Shown here: positions 63,286-64,000 of the stretch, piece by piece
How positions within the stretch are numbered: the stretch's first letter is position 1
How the letters are laid out: every line of letters starts with the position of its first letter
NCBI RefSeq assembly: GCF_963921235.1
Contig: NC_086109.1
Coordinates: 10,790,001 to 10,854,000, forward strand
DNA from: Mobula hypostoma
Lineage: Eukaryota
Reading direction: 5' to 3'
Length of the DNA stretch: 64,000 nt
Translations under genes and position numbers: made by a program
The notes under the pieces: model-generated
Databases searched by the model: none
Seen by the model: the letters and a program-made list of their open reading frames with translations, nothing else
Told to the model about the DNA's origin: nothing

Positions 63286-64000
63286 GAATACATACTTGAC
63301 TAAATTAATAAATAGTATAAAAGAGGAGTATTGGAGGAGTGTCCTTAGGTTCACGGACCATTCAGAAATCTGATGGTGGAGGGGAAGAAGCTGTTCCGAA
63401 AACACTGAGTTTTCAGGCTCCTGTACCTCTTCCCTGATAGTAGCAATGAGAAATGGGTATGTCCTGGGTAGAGGGGATGTCCAGTGGGGAGTAAATGGGA
63501 TAAGGGGAGAAGAGATTATGGAGGAAAAATGGAGAGGAAAGCATTGTCTCTGTGAGACAGCATAGGCTGGATGGACGAATGCAATATAATGAAATACAGA
63601 AATTGAGGGAAGTTGAAGGTGAAACAATTGTCATTAGAAGAGTGTTTGCTTTGGGAATTGCCCTGTCTGTTTGCCTTTGGGTTGGCTGTGTTTGTGTGTA
63701 TGTGTGTGTTTACAGTTTTACAATACTTTCCAGTTTTAGGATAATGTTTACACAAAGAAAATGTTGATATCCTGGTTAATCATTGCCTCACTGTCAAAGT
63801 AAGCCGAAATCTTGCTGAAGATCTTGATTGTTCCACTTAGTAACCAGCTCAATCATCTATACCAGTATTGAAACCCAGATTAATGTATCCTGCTACATAT
63901 ACTGGGGACAGTTGATTGGTCTATTAGCCACCCAGAATTTCCACAAAATAGCATCTGATTCATATCAAAGATTAAAAGGACAACTAGGAACGGAGTATTT

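Noticed and set aside
62857..63627. 256-aa hydrophobic ORF
   Set aside because: Read-through of a (GATA)n microsatellite and a Rex1 3' fragment.
63790..63860. Possible further upstream exon of the minus-strand gene (donor gtgagg, GTIKIFSKISAYFD)
   Set aside because: No convincing acceptor, and an in-frame stop lies just upstream.

Overview
Eukaryotic genomic DNA dominated by repeats. It is most likely from a cartilaginous fish (ray/skate-like), inferred from CR1/HER1-type LINEs with HE1/V-SINE-type SINEs, Rex1/Babar LINEs, RTE-derived elements and Tc1/hAT remnants. Most tracked ORFs are transposon fragments or low-complexity artefacts. The largest coding piece is a ~2.9 kb frameshifted CR1 ORF2 (endonuclease + RT, 49518-52412, minus) nested in a Rex1 element. 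The best host-gene candidate is two phase-compatible 3'-terminal exons on the minus strand (58761-58865 and 57355-57440); I cannot name the gene. The last 16 codons of that gene are tandemly amplified in frame past the stop codon. The most striking signal is a dispersed non-coding family of about 15 copies carrying a minimal hammerhead ribozyme motif (CAGTC-CTGATGA-AGGG..CCC-GAAAC-GTY-GACTG). These often occur as head-to-head palindromic units. A second, unrelated Penelope-like end carries its own degenerate hammerhead. All calls were made by eye, and boundaries of degraded repeats are approximate.
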